Below, one piece after another: positions 29,314 to 40,757 of a stretch of DNA of 64,000 bases. Positions within the stretch are counted from its first letter, which is position 1. Every line of letters starts with the position of its first letter. The notes below the pieces were generated by a model. That model saw only the letters and a program-made list of their open reading frames with translations, had not been told where the DNA came from and made no database searches. A program made the position numbers and the translations under genes. Location: assembly GCA_963666835.2 (NCBI GenBank), contig CAXXGO010000001.1, positions 384,001 through 448,000 of the forward strand, written 5' to 3'. Source of the DNA: Phycisphaerae bacterium. Lineage in GTDB: Bacteria > Planctomycetota > Phycisphaerae > UBA1845.

Positions 29314-32300
29314 ATGCGTTCGATCAGTACTCGACTGATTCTGGCCTTCGCCAGCGTTGTTGTTTTTCTGATTGCGCAAGGGGTATTCTCGATCCACAAT
29401 ACGCGCACGGTTTCTCAAGTGCAAAGCCAGGCTCTTCACCAGGAGCTGGCCGTAAGTGCGTTGGCCGAGGATATCGACAACGTCCGCCTGGCCGTGTTCA
29501 AGCTGTTGGAGACCATGGCCCCTGCTGAAATGGACGCCTTTCGGGCGGAGTATGAGCGAGGTGTCAGGCAGGTGAATGAGGCAATGTCGGGCTTGGGTAT
29601 GGATTCCGCGCCGTTTCTGCGTTGCCGGGAGACCTACGATACGATCATCGGCTTGCAGTACGATTTCTCGGCTAATACGGCTCGGACTCTGATGAGCGGT
29701 AGATCAAGAGTCGAGCATGACGCCTTGAGGGAAGTCTTGGCCGGCAAGCGCGCGGAACTGGAGGCCGGAACTCGCGCGCGAATGGCCCGGGCAGAAAGGC
29801 ATTCTCTATATGTCGTAGGAGGTTTGTGCGGAGCGGCCTTGCTGGTGGCCATCGGATGGGCGATCGCCTTGAGACGATCCTTGACTGACCGGCGGCGCGC
29901 CGAGCAAGCTCTGCGGAACTCCGAGCAGAACTACCGTGAGATATTCAATTCCTCGAACGATGCCATATTCGTTCACGAGATGGCGACCGGGGAGATCGTC
30001 GACGTCAACCGGACGATGTGCCGGATGTTCGGATACCCACACGAAGAGGCCTTACGTGTGACTATCCAGGATATCAGCCAGGGGGAGCCGCCGTACTCCC
30101 AGGCGGAGGCCGGGCAGTGGATCAAGAAGGCGGTCGAGGAAGGCCCTCAAGCTTTCGAGTGGTGGAGCCGCAGGAAAGGCGGGGAGCTGTTCTGGGTAGA
30201 GGTTCATTTAAGTAGGGTGACCGTTGGAGGCAGGGACCGCGTAATAGCCGTCAGCCGGGACATAACCGAGCGCAAACAGGCGGAAGTGCTGCTCAAGGAG
30301 AGCGAACGCAAGTTCCGGGCGGTGTTCAACAATACTTTCGAGTTCATGGGTGTGCTCACCGTGGACGGCGGCATGGTCGAGGCAAACCAGACTGCACTCG
30401 ACTTCGGCGGTCTGCAGGAATCCGATGTGCGGGGAAAGCCGTTCTGGGAGACCCCGTGGTGGCGGCACTCCCCGGAGATTCAAGATTGGTTGCGCGTTGT
30501 TGTGCGTAAAGCCGCAGCCGGCGAGACGGTTCGCGGTGAGGTCGACAGTCTATCCGTCGATGGTAAGACTCGCTATATCGACTTCTCTATCAGGCCGCTC
30601 AGGGATGAGAACGATGATGTTGCCCTTTTGATCCCCGAAGGGAGAGATGTCACTGAGCGGAAGCAGGCGGAACTGGAATTGCGAGCGAGTGAGGAGCGTT
30701 TCCGCGGGTTTGCCGCAGCTTCGAGTTACGGCCTGGCGATGGGCGAGCTTAACGGGCAACTGGTCTTCGCCAACGCGGCTGCTCTCCGGATTCTTGAAGA
30801 GGAAACTGAGGAGGCCTTTACCAGCCGGACGTTCTATCAGTACTACACACCGGAGGACGCCGAGCATCTTAGGCAGGAGATCTTGCCGACCGTTTTGAAG
30901 GAAGGGCAATGGGTAGGGGAACTTCCGCTCCTGTCTGGAAAGGGCAACCCGGTTACTACCGAACAGAACATTTTTCTGATTCGCGACGAGAATGGGATAC
31001 CTCGGATGATCGGCAACATAATTACTGACATTGCTGATCGCAAGAAGGCCCAGGAAGAACGCCGCGCTCATGTTAAGTTCTTGGAGAGTCTGGCCCAAGT
31101 CGACCGGATCATTCAGCAGACCGATGATGTCGAACAGATGCTCTGGGATGTGCTGAACACGACGTTCCAGGTATTTGAGTGCGACCGAGCCTGGCTGCTG
31201 TACCCCTGCGATCCCGCGTCGCGCACATATCGCATACCAATGGAAGTTGCCGGACCGGGATATCGCGGAGGAGGGGGTGAGGAAGGCGACCTTGCCATGG
31301 ATGACGGTACCGAGGCGATCTGCGCGACGGCACTCGCCGCGCCGGGCCCGGTTACCTTCGGACCCGGTAACGATCACCCCATTAGTGACCATAAGGCGGC
31401 GCAGACTTTTCAGGTTCTAGGCCAGATGGTTATGTCTGTTTCGCCCAGGATCGGCAAGCCGTGGATGTTCGGTATACACCAATGCTCGCATCAGCGGGCC
31501 TGGACGGAGGAAGAGAGGCGCCTGTTCAACGAGATCGGGCGGCGCATCTCCGATGCACTTTCCACCCTTCTCATCCTCCGGGATCTCCGCGAGAGTGAAG
31601 AGCGTTTCTCTCTGGCGATGGAAGCTAACCGGGACGGACTCTGGGATTGGAACGTCAGCACTGACGAGGTCTACTTCAGCCCGGGATATACCGCCATGCT
31701 CGGGTACTCGCCCGGCGAGATCCCCGCGCACGTCGGTTCCTGGAAGGACCTCCTTCACCCCGAAGACAAGGACGCTGCCCTCAACGCGATCATGGACTGC
31801 GTCGATAATCACCGCCAGGATTTTGGCGTGGAGTTCCGAATGCGAGCCAAGAACGGCGAGTGGCGCTGGGTGCTCGGACGGGGAAAGGCCGTCGCGCGGG
31901 ACGATTCCGGTCGGGCGGTGAGAATGATCGGAACCACCACCGACATCACCGAGCGTAAACGAGTGGAGCAAGTGCTTTGGGAGAAGGCCTTCATGATCGA
32001 GTCGGCGGCGAGCACGATTGCCACGGCCGACTTGAACGGCAACATGATATACGCCAACCCGGCCTTCCTCGCATCCTGGGGCTATGATGACTTTGACGAA
32101 GTACGGGGTCGGCCGTTCCCAGAATTCTGGATGGTCGGCGATCAACTGACCGAGATCCGCGAGGCGTTGCTCGGCAGAGGGGGGGGGAAGTGGTTCGGTG
32201 AGATCAAGGCGAAGCGGAAGGACGACTCTCTGTTTGATGTGCAAGTCTCTGCCGCAACCGTTTACGACGGCGAAGGCGAGCCGGTGGCCATGATGTCTAC

Positions 32301-33885
32301 CTCCATCGACATCTCCGAGCGTAAGCAAGCGGAGGAGAGACTAGTCGAGAGTGAGCGCCTCTTCCGGGCCGTGTTCGATCAGGCGGCTCAGTTTATGGGC
32401 GTGCTCACTCCGGACGGAACCGTCATTAATATCAATAGGGCGGCTCGGGAGTTCATCGGACGTGATGAGCCGGAACTGGTCGGAAATCCCTTCTGGGAAA
32501 CGCCGTGGTGGGCACACGCGGTAGAGTATCAGGAGCAATTGCGTGCCGCAATTCAGGATGCGTCCCACGGAGGGTCCGCGCGGTTCGAAACGACCCATCC
32601 GCGCACGGATGGCAATCTTGCGTATGTGGATTTCTCCCTCACCCCGGTGAAGGACGAGGACGGCGAGGTTGTCTTCCTTATTCCCGAGGGACGCGATATC
32701 ACCGAGAGCAAGCGCGCCGCCCAGGAGATGCAACGCCTCCGCAACCTCTTGAAGGACATTATAGACTCGATGCCCTCTGCGATCGTCGGCGTGGACCATG
32801 AAGGCTGTGTCATGCAGTGGAATCGTGAGGCCGAGAACATTACCGGTGTGACCCCGTCGCAGGCCCACGGACGTCCGCTGGGCGACGTGTTCCCGCAATT
32901 GGAGGGACAGTTGGACAATGTCTTCCAGGCTATCGCAACACGTAAGGTCCGTCAGAGCGTCAAGACCGCCCATAAGGTGAACGGCGAGAACCGCTTCTCC
33001 GAGGTTACGGTCTTTCCGCTCATTGCCAACGGCGTGGAAGGCGCCGTTGTCCGTGTGGATGACGTCACCAACCGGGTCCGCATCGAAGAGATGATGGTGC
33101 AGACCGAGAAGATGATGTCGGTTGGGGGGCTTGCGGCCGGCATGGCCCATGAGATCAACAACCCCTTGGCCGGTATTCTCCAGGGAGCGCAGAACATCGA
33201 GCGCCGGGTATTGCCGGACCTGCCCGGCAATGTTGAAGCCGCTCAGGCCTGCGGTACTTCAGTTGAGACGGTTCGAGCCTACCTGGAGAGGCGCGATATC
33301 CTGAAGTTCCTTACGGGCATTCGGGAATCGGGCGGGCGGGCCGCGAAGATCGTGGCCAACATGCTCCAGTTCAGTCGGCAGAGCGATTCCCGATTGGTAC
33401 CGTCGAACTTGGCGGAACTGATCGACCGTGCCGTAGATCTGGCAGAAAACGACTACGACCTCAAGAAGAGGTACGACTTCCGGCACATCGAAATCGTTCG
33501 CGAGTACGATGACGAGCTTCCGCCGGTTCCCGTTGTAGCGACCGAAATCGAGCAGGTCCTTCTGAATCTTCTGAAGAACGCCGCGCAAGCCGTGCAAAAC
33601 CGGGAAGCCGGCGAGAGTCCGAAGTTGATTCTGCGTGCCAGGAATGACGGGGACATGGCTCGGATCGAAGTGGAAGATAACGGCCCTGGTATGCCGGAAG
33701 ACGTGAGAAAGCGGGTGTTTGAGCCGTTTTTCACGACGAAGGAAGTAGGGGTAGGTACGGGGCTGGGTCTTTCGGTATCATACATGATAGTCACCAACAA
33801 CCACGGCGGGACAATGAGCGTGGAATCGGCGCCCGGTAACGGTGCCCGATTCATTGTTCGTTTGCCCGTAACGGAGAAGCGCTGA
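29314..33885 (+). CDS. membrane multi-PAS/GAF sensor histidine kinase
   Basis: Two TM helices flanking a helical sensor domain, about 7 PAS domains, a GAF domain, AGMAHEINNPL and FEPFFTTK...GTGLGL. Confidence 0.93.
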   Translation: MRSISTRLILAFASVVVFLIAQGVFSIHNTRTVSQVQSQALHQELAVSALAEDIDNVRLAVFKLLETMAPAEMDAFRAEYERGVRQVNEAMSGLGMDSAPFLRCRETYDTIIGLQYDFSANTARTLMSGRSRVEHDALREVLAGKRAELEAGTRARMARAERHSLYVVGGLCGAALLVAIGWAIALRRSLTDRRRAEQALRNSEQNYREIFNSSNDAIFVHEMATGEIVDVNRTMCRMFGYPHEEALRVTIQDISQGEPPYSQAEAGQWIKKAVEEGPQAFEWWSRRKGGELFWVEVHLSRVTVGGRDRVIAVSRDITERKQAEVLLKESERKFRAVFNNTFEFMGVLTVDGGMVEANQTALDFGGLQESDVRGKPFWETPWWRHSPEIQDWLRVVVRKAAAGETVRGEVDSLSVDGKTRYIDFSIRPLRDENDDVALLIPEGRDVTERKQAELELRASEERFRGFAAASSYGLAMGELNGQLVFANAAALRILEEETEEAFTSRTFYQYYTPEDAEHLRQEILPTVLKEGQWVGELPLLSGKGNPVTTEQNIFLIRDENGIPRMIGNIITDIADRKKAQEERRAHVKFLESLAQVDRIIQQTDDVEQMLWDVLNTTFQVFECDRAWLLYPCDPASRTYRIPMEVAGPGYRGGGGEEGDLAMDDGTEAICATALAAPGPVTFGPGNDHPISDHKAAQTFQVLGQMVMSVSPRIGKPWMFGIHQCSHQRAWTEEERRLFNEIGRRISDALSTLLILRDLRESEERFSLAMEANRDGLWDWNVSTDEVYFSPGYTAMLGYSPGEIPAHVGSWKDLLHPEDKDAALNAIMDCVDNHRQDFGVEFRMRAKNGEWRWVLGRGKAVARDDSGRAVRMIGTTTDITERKRVEQVLWEKAFMIESAASTIATADLNGNMIYANPAFLASWGYDDFDEVRGRPFPEFWMVGDQLTEIREALLGRGGGKWFGEIKAKRKDDSLFDVQVSAATVYDGEGEPVAMMSTSIDISERKQAEERLVESERLFRAVFDQAAQFMGVLTPDGTVININRAAREFIGRDEPELVGNPFWETPWWAHAVEYQEQLRAAIQDASHGGSARFETTHPRTDGNLAYVDFSLTPVKDEDGEVVFLIPEGRDITESKRAAQEMQRLRNLLKDIIDSMPSAIVGVDHEGCVMQWNREAENITGVTPSQAHGRPLGDVFPQLEGQLDNVFQAIATRKVRQSVKTAHKVNGENRFSEVTVFPLIANGVEGAVVRVDDVTNRVRIEEMMVQTEKMMSVGGLAAGMAHEINNPLAGILQGAQNIERRVLPDLPGNVEAAQACGTSVETVRAYLERRDILKFLTGIRESGGRAAKIVANMLQFSRQSDSRLVPSNLAELIDRAVDLAENDYDLKKRYDFRHIEIVREYDDELPPVPVVATEIEQVLLNLLKNAAQAVQNREAGESPKLILRARNDGDMARIEVEDNGPGMPEDVRKRVFEPFFTTKEVGVGTGLGLSVSYMIVTNNHGGTMSVESAPGNGARFIVRLPVTEKR

Positions 33886-34313
33886 TGACTAGCCAAGCCC
33901 TCAAGGTCCTCATCGTGGATGACGAAGCGGTAGTCCGTCAGAGCCTCGCGGCTTTCTTCGAGGATGAGGGTTTCGAGGTGGCGATGGCCGCCGACGGGGA
34001 GGAGGCGTTGCGCCTTGTTGCGGATCGCCGATTTGATTTCGGCGTCATCGACATGCGGTTGCCCGGTATCGATGGTAATGCCGTGATCCTGGAATCCCAC
34101 GAGATACAGCCGGACATGCGATTCCTAATTCACACGGGATCTGCCAGCTACCAGCTTCCGCCCAATCTCAAGGAGCTGGGGATCGCCGCATCGGACGTGT
34201 TCAGGAAGCCGATAAAAGACATGACGGCGCTGGCCGTAGCGGCCCAGCGCATTCTCGACCGCAGGATCGCGTCGAAGGCGGCTGTGGGTGAGGATCGGGA
34301 ATCGGCGGATTGA
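33885..34313 (+). CDS. single-domain response regulator
   Basis: VLIVDDE, DMRLPG, HTG and FRKP motifs; TGATG overlap with the kinase. Confidence 0.88.
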   Translation: MTSQALKVLIVDDEAVVRQSLAAFFEDEGFEVAMAADGEEALRLVADRRFDFGVIDMRLPGIDGNAVILESHEIQPDMRFLIHTGSASYQLPPNLKELGIAASDVFRKPIKDMTALAVAAQRILDRRIASKAAVGEDRESAD

Positions 34314-34732
34314 TGCGACGCTTCAGCCCGAACGGTGGGGCGACCTGGCCGGCGGATCCGCTCTGCGTTCGACAGTGCAAGGGACTGGTCGTCGCGTTCA
34401 AGCCGGGCGGCGCGAAGACATTGCGGGCTACCCGAAAGAAGACCGGAATAGAACGGAATTCCGGTCTACATGGGGATTGTCGCAGCAGTACGCGCGTACG
34501 GGACCGCGAACAACCGGGAGTCGAGCAGAAAGCCCTTTACATCAGAGCCTCGGAACCGGATCATCAGGGTATCGGTGGGAAACCAGTTCGAGCCCACCAT
34601 TGCAGAGGCACTCCTTCGCCGCGTGGATCACATGTTCGCGGTGAAGGAGCCCAGGGTTGAGCCGAGCGGAACCGGAGTGCTTGTATCGGCTTGCTGTATA
34701 GGCGACCCGGCAATCAGAGGAGTGGACAGCGT

Positions 34733-36439
34733 ATGCCCAGGGACTCCCACGCGACCGTGCTGACGATTGAGGACGAGGCGGTGGTTCGTCAGAGCATCGT
34801 CGCTTACCTCCAAGATCAGGGTTACATGGTTCTCGAAGCGGCCGACGGTCGTGTTGGGTTAGAAGTCTTTCGAAGGGAGCTACCCGACGCGGTCTTGGTT
34901 GATCTGCGCATGCCTGAGGTAGATGGGCTCGAAGTTCTCAAGACTATCGTTCGAGAGTCGCCCGATACGCCGATTATTGTGGTCTCGGGTACGGGAGTGC
35001 TGGCTGATGCTGTTGAGGCCCTTCGCGCGGGAGCCTGGGACTTTGTGCTCAAGCCGATTATGGAGATGGCGGTGCTCCATCATGCCATCCGCAACGGTCT
35101 GGAGCGCACTCATCTTCTGCGGGAGAACCGGCGGTATCAGGAACGCCTCGAAGACCAGGTGAAGGAACGGACGGCTCAACTCGAGGCGACCAACGATGCC
35201 CTCACTCGGGAAATCGAGGATCATCAGCGCGCCGAGGAAGAACGTCGGAGCCTCGAGGCCCAGCTACGGCACTCGCAGAAGCTGGAGGCGGTCGGGCAAC
35301 TAGCCGGTGGCGTTGCCCACGACTTCAACAACATCCTCACGACCATCTTCGGCAATATTGAACTGACGATCAGTGCTCTGGGCAAGGAACGTCCTCCTAT
35401 CGCGACGATCCTGGAGCAGGCCCGTCAGATTGAGCAAGGTGCCCAGCGGGCGTCGGCGCTGACTCGGCGGCTTCTGGCATTCAGCCGGCGACAGGTCTGC
35501 AAACCCGAGATAGTCGACCTGAATGCCACGCTCAACGATGTGTCGAAGATGCTCGGCCAGTTGTTGGAAGAGAACATTCACGTAACCATGAACCTGTCCC
35601 CCGTGATCCCTCGTATCCGCATCGATGCGGGGCAGATGGAGCAGATTGTCATCAACTTGGCAGTTAACGCTCGAGATGCCATGCGGGATGGTGGACGACT
35701 TACCATCGAAACCTCGGAAACCGCGTTCGATGACGGTGATATCGCAGCCCATCCGGAAGTCCAGCCCGGCGCCTACGCGATGCTCTCTGTGCGAGATACC
35801 GGAGTCGGGATGACGCCCGATATTGTGGAGCGGATTTTCGAGCCGTTCTTCACGACTAAGGCCTTGGGCCAGGGAACCGGGCTCGGCTTGTCCACCGTCT
35901 ATGGAATCGTCAAGCAAGCGGGCGGGCATGTTGCCGTTGAAAGCCGGCCGCAGGCGGGAACGACGTTTCGGGTCTACTTACCGGCCGTGGATGCTCCGGT
36001 TTCCCGCCGCGCCGAGACGCGGTTCTCGGACGATGCGCCGACCGGCGACGAGACGATTCTCTTGTGCGAAGATGACATTGCCGTGCGGGAGCTTACCGAG
36101 CTTCTCCTCGTTGACGCAGGGTATACGGTCCTCACGGCCGCCAGTGGGCGGCGCGCTGTGGCATTAGCCGAGGATCGATCTCGGAAGATTGACCTGCTGA
36201 TAACAGACGTTGTCATGCCCGACATGGATGGCCGGGAACTGGCTCAGGCCTTGGCCGCGGAGCACCCGGACTTGATGGTCCTGTTCGTTTCCGGGTATAC
36301 GGCTGATGTTATCGCTCATCACGGGGTGCTCGATGCGGGCGTCGAGTTCCTCGAGAAACCGTTCAATCGGCGGACTCTGCTCAATCGCGTTCGAGACGTG
36401 TTGGACAAGGCCGCATGCACATCCGATACGACATCTTGA
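34733..36439 (+). CDS. hybrid histidine kinase (REC-HisKA-HATPase-REC)
   Basis: [18 protein letters not shown] and GTGLGL motifs; GAGGAG RBS upstream of ATG 34733. Confidence 0.92.
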   Translation: MPRDSHATVLTIEDEAVVRQSIVAYLQDQGYMVLEAADGRVGLEVFRRELPDAVLVDLRMPEVDGLEVLKTIVRESPDTPIIVVSGTGVLADAVEALRAGAWDFVLKPIMEMAVLHHAIRNGLERTHLLRENRRYQERLEDQVKERTAQLEATNDALTREIEDHQRAEEERRSLEAQLRHSQKLEAVGQLAGGVAHDFNNILTTIFGNIELTISALGKERPPIATILEQARQIEQGAQRASALTRRLLAFSRRQVCKPEIVDLNATLNDVSKMLGQLLEENIHVTMNLSPVIPRIRIDAGQMEQIVINLAVNARDAMRDGGRLTIETSETAFDDGDIAAHPEVQPGAYAMLSVRDTGVGMTPDIVERIFEPFFTTKALGQGTGLGLSTVYGIVKQAGGHVAVESRPQAGTTFRVYLPAVDAPVSRRAETRFSDDAPTGDETILLCEDDIAVRELTELLLVDAGYTVLTAASGRRAVALAEDRSRKIDLLITDVVMPDMDGRELAQALAAEHPDLMVLFVSGYTADVIAHHGVLDAGVEFLEKPFNRRTLLNRVRDVLDKAACTSDTTS

Positions 36440-36555
36440 TGGGTGGTAGATCCCGCAGGCGTTGACCACGGTGGATATCGGACGAGCGGGATAGCTCGAA
36501 GACCGCCCCGGATACGGGCGTACTCCGGTACTGCTGCGGGGCGGCGCCGGTTCGG

Positions 36556-39500
36556 ATGCGTACGGAGGTCTCGTTGGATTCTCACTCTCATACTCCGTCT
36601 GCCACTATTCTGGTAATGGAGGGCGACGCTGAAGTTCGCGAGCGCATGGTGACCTTACTGAGTCACTATGGCTTCGATGTCCTCGAAGCGCGCGATGGGC
36701 ACGAGGGCGTCCGCCTGTTTCACGAGAACCGTCCCGACGCCGTGGTAGTCGACCTGGTATTACCGGGAATAACCGGATTGCGCGTTGTGCAGCGACTCGC
36801 GCGCGAGGCTCCGGGCGTTCCGGTCATTGTGGTTGCTGGGGCCGAGCATGCCGATGAGGCGCTGGCGGCCTTGCGGTGGGGGGCGGCGGACTGTGTTCTT
36901 AAGCCTCTCGGCGACATGAGCGAACTGCGCGATTCCATCAGGAAATCACTGGCCCGTGCGGGTTACGCTGAGAAGGACCGTCAACTTCAGGTTGTCAAGG
37001 AAGCTGCGGGACTTGGCGCGGCGCGCCGCGCCGAAAACGCCCCGCGCGTGGTGGAGGGCAATCTGCAAGCTGTGTTTGATGCGGCGCCGGTTGCCATGCT
37101 TCTTCTCGACGCCGATCTGACCGTTCGGCACGCCAACGCCTGCGCAGTTGAACTGATTGGCGATCCGGTTTCGGAAATCGTGGATCGGAATGCCAGGCCG
37201 GGAATCAACTGCCTGTGCGGAAGGGGCAAGGACGGGTCCTGTGGCCAATCAGCCGAATGTGCGGATTGCTGTTGGCGCGAAATGCTCGATACCACCGTTA
37301 GCACCCAAGAGGTTATCCGGGGGCGGGAGATTCGCTTGCTGGAACCGCGAGGCGGAACGGGCGCCGAGACTTGGCTCAGCGTAAGCACTGCGCCGGTTAT
37401 GATCGACGGTGAACAGCACGTGATTGCATCGTTCGAGAACATCTCCGAACGGCGACGAGTCGAGCAGGAGCGGCGCGCTCGGCTTCAGCGAGTCCGGCAA
37501 CAACAGTGTGCGATTCTGCAACTTACAACTGAGCAGTCTCTCATTCTGGGAGACGTACGTCCGGCTATGCGGGCGATTACGGAGGCGGCGGCGCACGCTC
37601 TCGGAGTGCAACGGGCGAGTATCTGGCTGACGGGTGAGTCCGGCAGAGTCTTCCGCTGCGCACACCTGCACACGTGCGGCGACAATACTCCTGCGGATGG
37701 GACGATTCTGCAGGCGAGTCGTATCCCTACCTTTCTGAAAGCTCTTCGGGAAGAACGCGTGGTAGAGGCCGCCGATGTCAGCGATGACGCGAGGATCCGC
37801 GAGTTTGTGGACGGCTTCTTCATGGAGCCTCGGGCGGTTTCGATATTAGCCGCCACTATTCGTGACTCGGGTGTGTTGGTGGGCTTCATTGTCTTCGAGC
37901 AGACCGGGGAATCGCGCAGGTGGGAAACCGATGAACGTGCCTTCGCCGGGAACATGGCCGACGAGGTCGTCCGTGCGCTGGTCAGCGGTGAGCGCCGGCG
38001 TACGGCGGACGCTCTCGCTGACCGGTTGGCTTACGAAGAAGCCCTGGCGGAATGTTCTCAAGCTCTGCTCGCCGGGCACGACGATGCCCTGGCTACCGCG
38101 CTGGGACACTTGTGTTCGGCGTCCGGCGCCGGTCGAGTCTGTATGTTTGAGAACTTCGAAGATCCTACAGATGGATTGTGTACGCGCCCCACGTGTGAAG
38201 TCTGCGCGCCGGGGGTAGCGACCAAGATCGGCAACTCCGCCCTGTTGCCCATGGCGTACCGCGCAGGGTTTGACCGGTGGCGAGTGGCTCTGTCCAAAGG
38301 ACTCCCGATCGAGGGTGTCGTAGAGTCCTTTCCGGAAAGTGAGAGACGGGTTCTCGAGTCCTTCGATATCAAGTCCCTGTTGGTGCTGCCGACCTGGGGG
38401 GCGGAGCGATGGCATGGTTTTGTTGGAATCGATGACACCGCTGCCGCCCGGGAATGGGATCGCGAGAGCGTCCGAGTGCTGCAGACTGCGGCAGAGATGA
38501 TCGGTGCTTACCTGGATCGCCGCCAGGCCGATCAGGCTCTGCGCGAACAGGCCGACCTGCTGAAGAGTAAGAACCAGAAGCTCAAGGACCAGAGGCAACA
38601 ACTGGAGAAGAAACAGAGCGAATTGGTAGCGATGAACAGCGTTCTGGCCGAGGCCAAGACTCAGGCCGAAGCGGCCAACCTTGCCAAGAGTGAGTTTCTG
38701 GCCAATATGAGTCACGAGATTCGGACTCCGCTGAATTGCATCATCGGATACGCCGAGGTTGCTCTCGGATCCGATTCCATTGAAGCCGTGCACGGGCACA
38801 ACCATGGCATTATTCGCGAATCCGAGCACCTGCTGAGTCTTATCAACGAGGTATTGGACCACGCCAAGATCGAGGCTGGCCGGTTGGAACTGGAGCAGCG
38901 CGTCTTCGACCTTCCCCAAGTGGTGCTGCAGGTCGAAGGTAGCGTCCGAGCCGGCGCCGAAGCGAAGGGCCTCCGGTTGGCGACTTCCGTCGGGGCGGAT
39001 GTCCCGCGCTTCGTGATAGGTGACTCGCTCCGGTTGCGGCAGATTCTCATAAACCTGGTCGGCAACGCTATCAAGTTCACGGAACAGGGGTCCGTCAAGA
39101 TTGGCGCAGCTCTCGTCAAGTCTACCGGAGAGCACGCGAGTATCCGTTTCTCGGTAATCGACACCGGGATAGGGATTCCGCTGGAAAGGCAGGATTCCAT
39201 CTTCGAGAGTTTCACGCAGGTGGATGGCAGCACTACGCGCAAATACGGCGGGACCGGATTGGGGACGACGATCTCCCATCGACTCGTCGGGTTGATGGGC
39301 GGCGAGATCGGCGTGACTAGCGCTCCCGGCGAGGGTAGCACCTTCTGGTTCACCGTTCCACTCAAACTCTGCGCAGAGCAGCCGGAGGCGCTCACGCAGG
39401 TTGCCACAAGTATGGCACAGCCGACCGGCGTCGAGCGAAGACGTTACTGCGGACGTGTTCTTCTCGTCGAAGACTATGCGCCTAATCGCGAGGTTCTGCG

Positions 39501-40221
39501 CATGCACCTGGAACGAGCCGGGTACCAGGTGGACCTCGCCGAGAACGGACGCGAGGCGGTCGAGACCTGCGCCGAACGGGCCTACGACGTCATCCTCACC
39601 GATGTGCAGATGCCCGATATGGACGGCTACGAAGCAACTCGCCGGATTCGCGCCGGCAATTCTCCTTGCCGAAATGCGCCCATTGTCGGAGTCACCGCCC
39701 ACGCCGGGGCGGATGCGCGGGACAAGTGCCACGAGGCGGGAATGGATGATGTAATCACCAAACCGATTCGGAGAGAAGCCCTGCTGGCGGCCGTGGAGGC
39801 GGCCTTGTCACGTGCGCCAAAGAGCGAGGGTATTGCCGGAGGATCATCGGAGGACGCCACGGCTCTGCACTGTCCGATGGACTACGCGCGACTTCTGGAG
39901 GAATTCGAGGACGCCGCGCTTGTGGAGCAGGCCTTGCGGGTTTTTCTGGATAAGGCTGACGAGCAGATGGAGATCTTACGCCGGGCATTGGCCGATGGAG
40001 ATTCAGACGCCCTCCGGCGTGAAGCCCACTCTATCAAAGGAGCGGCCGGCACGCTCGAGGCGCCCATGCTCGCGGACGCCGCCAGGGCGTTGGAGGAACT
40101 TTGCAGGCAGGAGAATGGCGAGGGGCTTCCTTTTGGGCTTGACAAACTGGCCGCAGAATACGATCATTTCAAGCAGTACGCTGTTCAGTGTTTAGACCGG
40201 GGTGCCCGCGGGGGTGGCTGA
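36556..40221 (+). CDS. hybrid histidine kinase (REC-PAS-GAF-GAF-HisKA-HATPase-REC-HPt)
   Basis: SHEIRTPL and NAIKFT motifs, with a C-terminal AHSIKGAA HPt motif. Confidence 0.92.
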   Translation: MRTEVSLDSHSHTPSATILVMEGDAEVRERMVTLLSHYGFDVLEARDGHEGVRLFHENRPDAVVVDLVLPGITGLRVVQRLAREAPGVPVIVVAGAEHADEALAALRWGAADCVLKPLGDMSELRDSIRKSLARAGYAEKDRQLQVVKEAAGLGAARRAENAPRVVEGNLQAVFDAAPVAMLLLDADLTVRHANACAVELIGDPVSEIVDRNARPGINCLCGRGKDGSCGQSAECADCCWREMLDTTVSTQEVIRGREIRLLEPRGGTGAETWLSVSTAPVMIDGEQHVIASFENISERRRVEQERRARLQRVRQQQCAILQLTTEQSLILGDVRPAMRAITEAAAHALGVQRASIWLTGESGRVFRCAHLHTCGDNTPADGTILQASRIPTFLKALREERVVEAADVSDDARIREFVDGFFMEPRAVSILAATIRDSGVLVGFIVFEQTGESRRWETDERAFAGNMADEVVRALVSGERRRTADALADRLAYEEALAECSQALLAGHDDALATALGHLCSASGAGRVCMFENFEDPTDGLCTRPTCEVCAPGVATKIGNSALLPMAYRAGFDRWRVALSKGLPIEGVVESFPESERRVLESFDIKSLLVLPTWGAERWHGFVGIDDTAAAREWDRESVRVLQTAAEMIGAYLDRRQADQALREQADLLKSKNQKLKDQRQQLEKKQSELVAMNSVLAEAKTQAEAANLAKSEFLANMSHEIRTPLNCIIGYAEVALGSDSIEAVHGHNHGIIRESEHLLSLINEVLDHAKIEAGRLELEQRVFDLPQVVLQVEGSVRAGAEAKGLRLATSVGADVPRFVIGDSLRLRQILINLVGNAIKFTEQGSVKIGAALVKSTGEHASIRFSVIDTGIGIPLERQDSIFESFTQVDGSTTRKYGGTGLGTTISHRLVGLMGGEIGVTSAPGEGSTFWFTVPLKLCAEQPEALTQVATSMAQPTGVERRRYCGRVLLVEDYAPNREVLRMHLERAGYQVDLAENGREAVETCAERAYDVILTDVQMPDMDGYEATRRIRAGNSPCRNAPIVGVTAHAGADARDKCHEAGMDDVITKPIRREALLAAVEAALSRAPKSEGIAGGSSEDATALHCPMDYARLLEEFEDAALVEQALRVFLDKADEQMEILRRALADGDSDALRREAHSIKGAAGTLEAPMLADAARALEELCRQENGEGLPFGLDKLAAEYDHFKQYAVQCLDRGARGGG

Positions 40222-40640
40222 TGCGTAGCCTCGTAGTCGATGACGAGTTTGTGGCCCTTACCAGAATGTCGGCCATGCTGGGACGGTACGGCAGGTGCGA
40301 CGCGGCGACTCATGGTTCCCAAGCGGTTGAGATGTACCGGGCTGCGGTCAAAGAGGGCTTCTACTACAGTCTGGTTACTATCGACATTGACATGCCGGAG
40401 ATGAGCGGCATCAGGCTCCTCAAAGCGCTGCGTGACGTGGACGCGGACTTGGATATAGTACCTGCCAAGAAGATCATCGTGTCGGCCACGAGCAGCTCTG
40501 ACATGGTACGCATGGCGGCCGAATCACATTGTGATGGGTATTTGGTCAAACCGGTGAGGACGGAAGTGCTGGATCGTAAGCTCCGGGAGATCGGGTTGGT
40601 CCAGAATCAGACGTGCCCGTCGTCACCCTCAGGCCTGTAA
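40221..40640 (+). CDS. single-domain response regulator (CheY-like)
   Basis: LVVDDE, DIDMPEMSG and YLVKP motifs; TGATG overlap. Confidence 0.88.
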   Translation: MRSLVVDDEFVALTRMSAMLGRYGRCDAATHGSQAVEMYRAAVKEGFYYSLVTIDIDMPEMSGIRLLKALRDVDADLDIVPAKKIIVSATSSSDMVRMAAESHCDGYLVKPVRTEVLDRKLREIGLVQNQTCPSSPSGL

Positions 40641-40757
40641 CGGGTCTTCACTCTGCTCAAGCCCCTCGGGCAGGCGAAATGAGCTGACGTACGTCCGGTT
40701 CGTGCCGGAACCACTCAACGTATCTCGCCAATCCACACGAGCGGAGATCAACTACCG

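Noticed and set aside
34310..34732. Short ORFs between the response regulator and the next kinase
   Set aside because: Several overlapping frames with no motif or clear RBS, so none can be supported.
37846..39732. 628-aa antisense ORF
   Set aside because: Shadow of the histidine kinase on the opposite strand, typical of high-GC codon bias.
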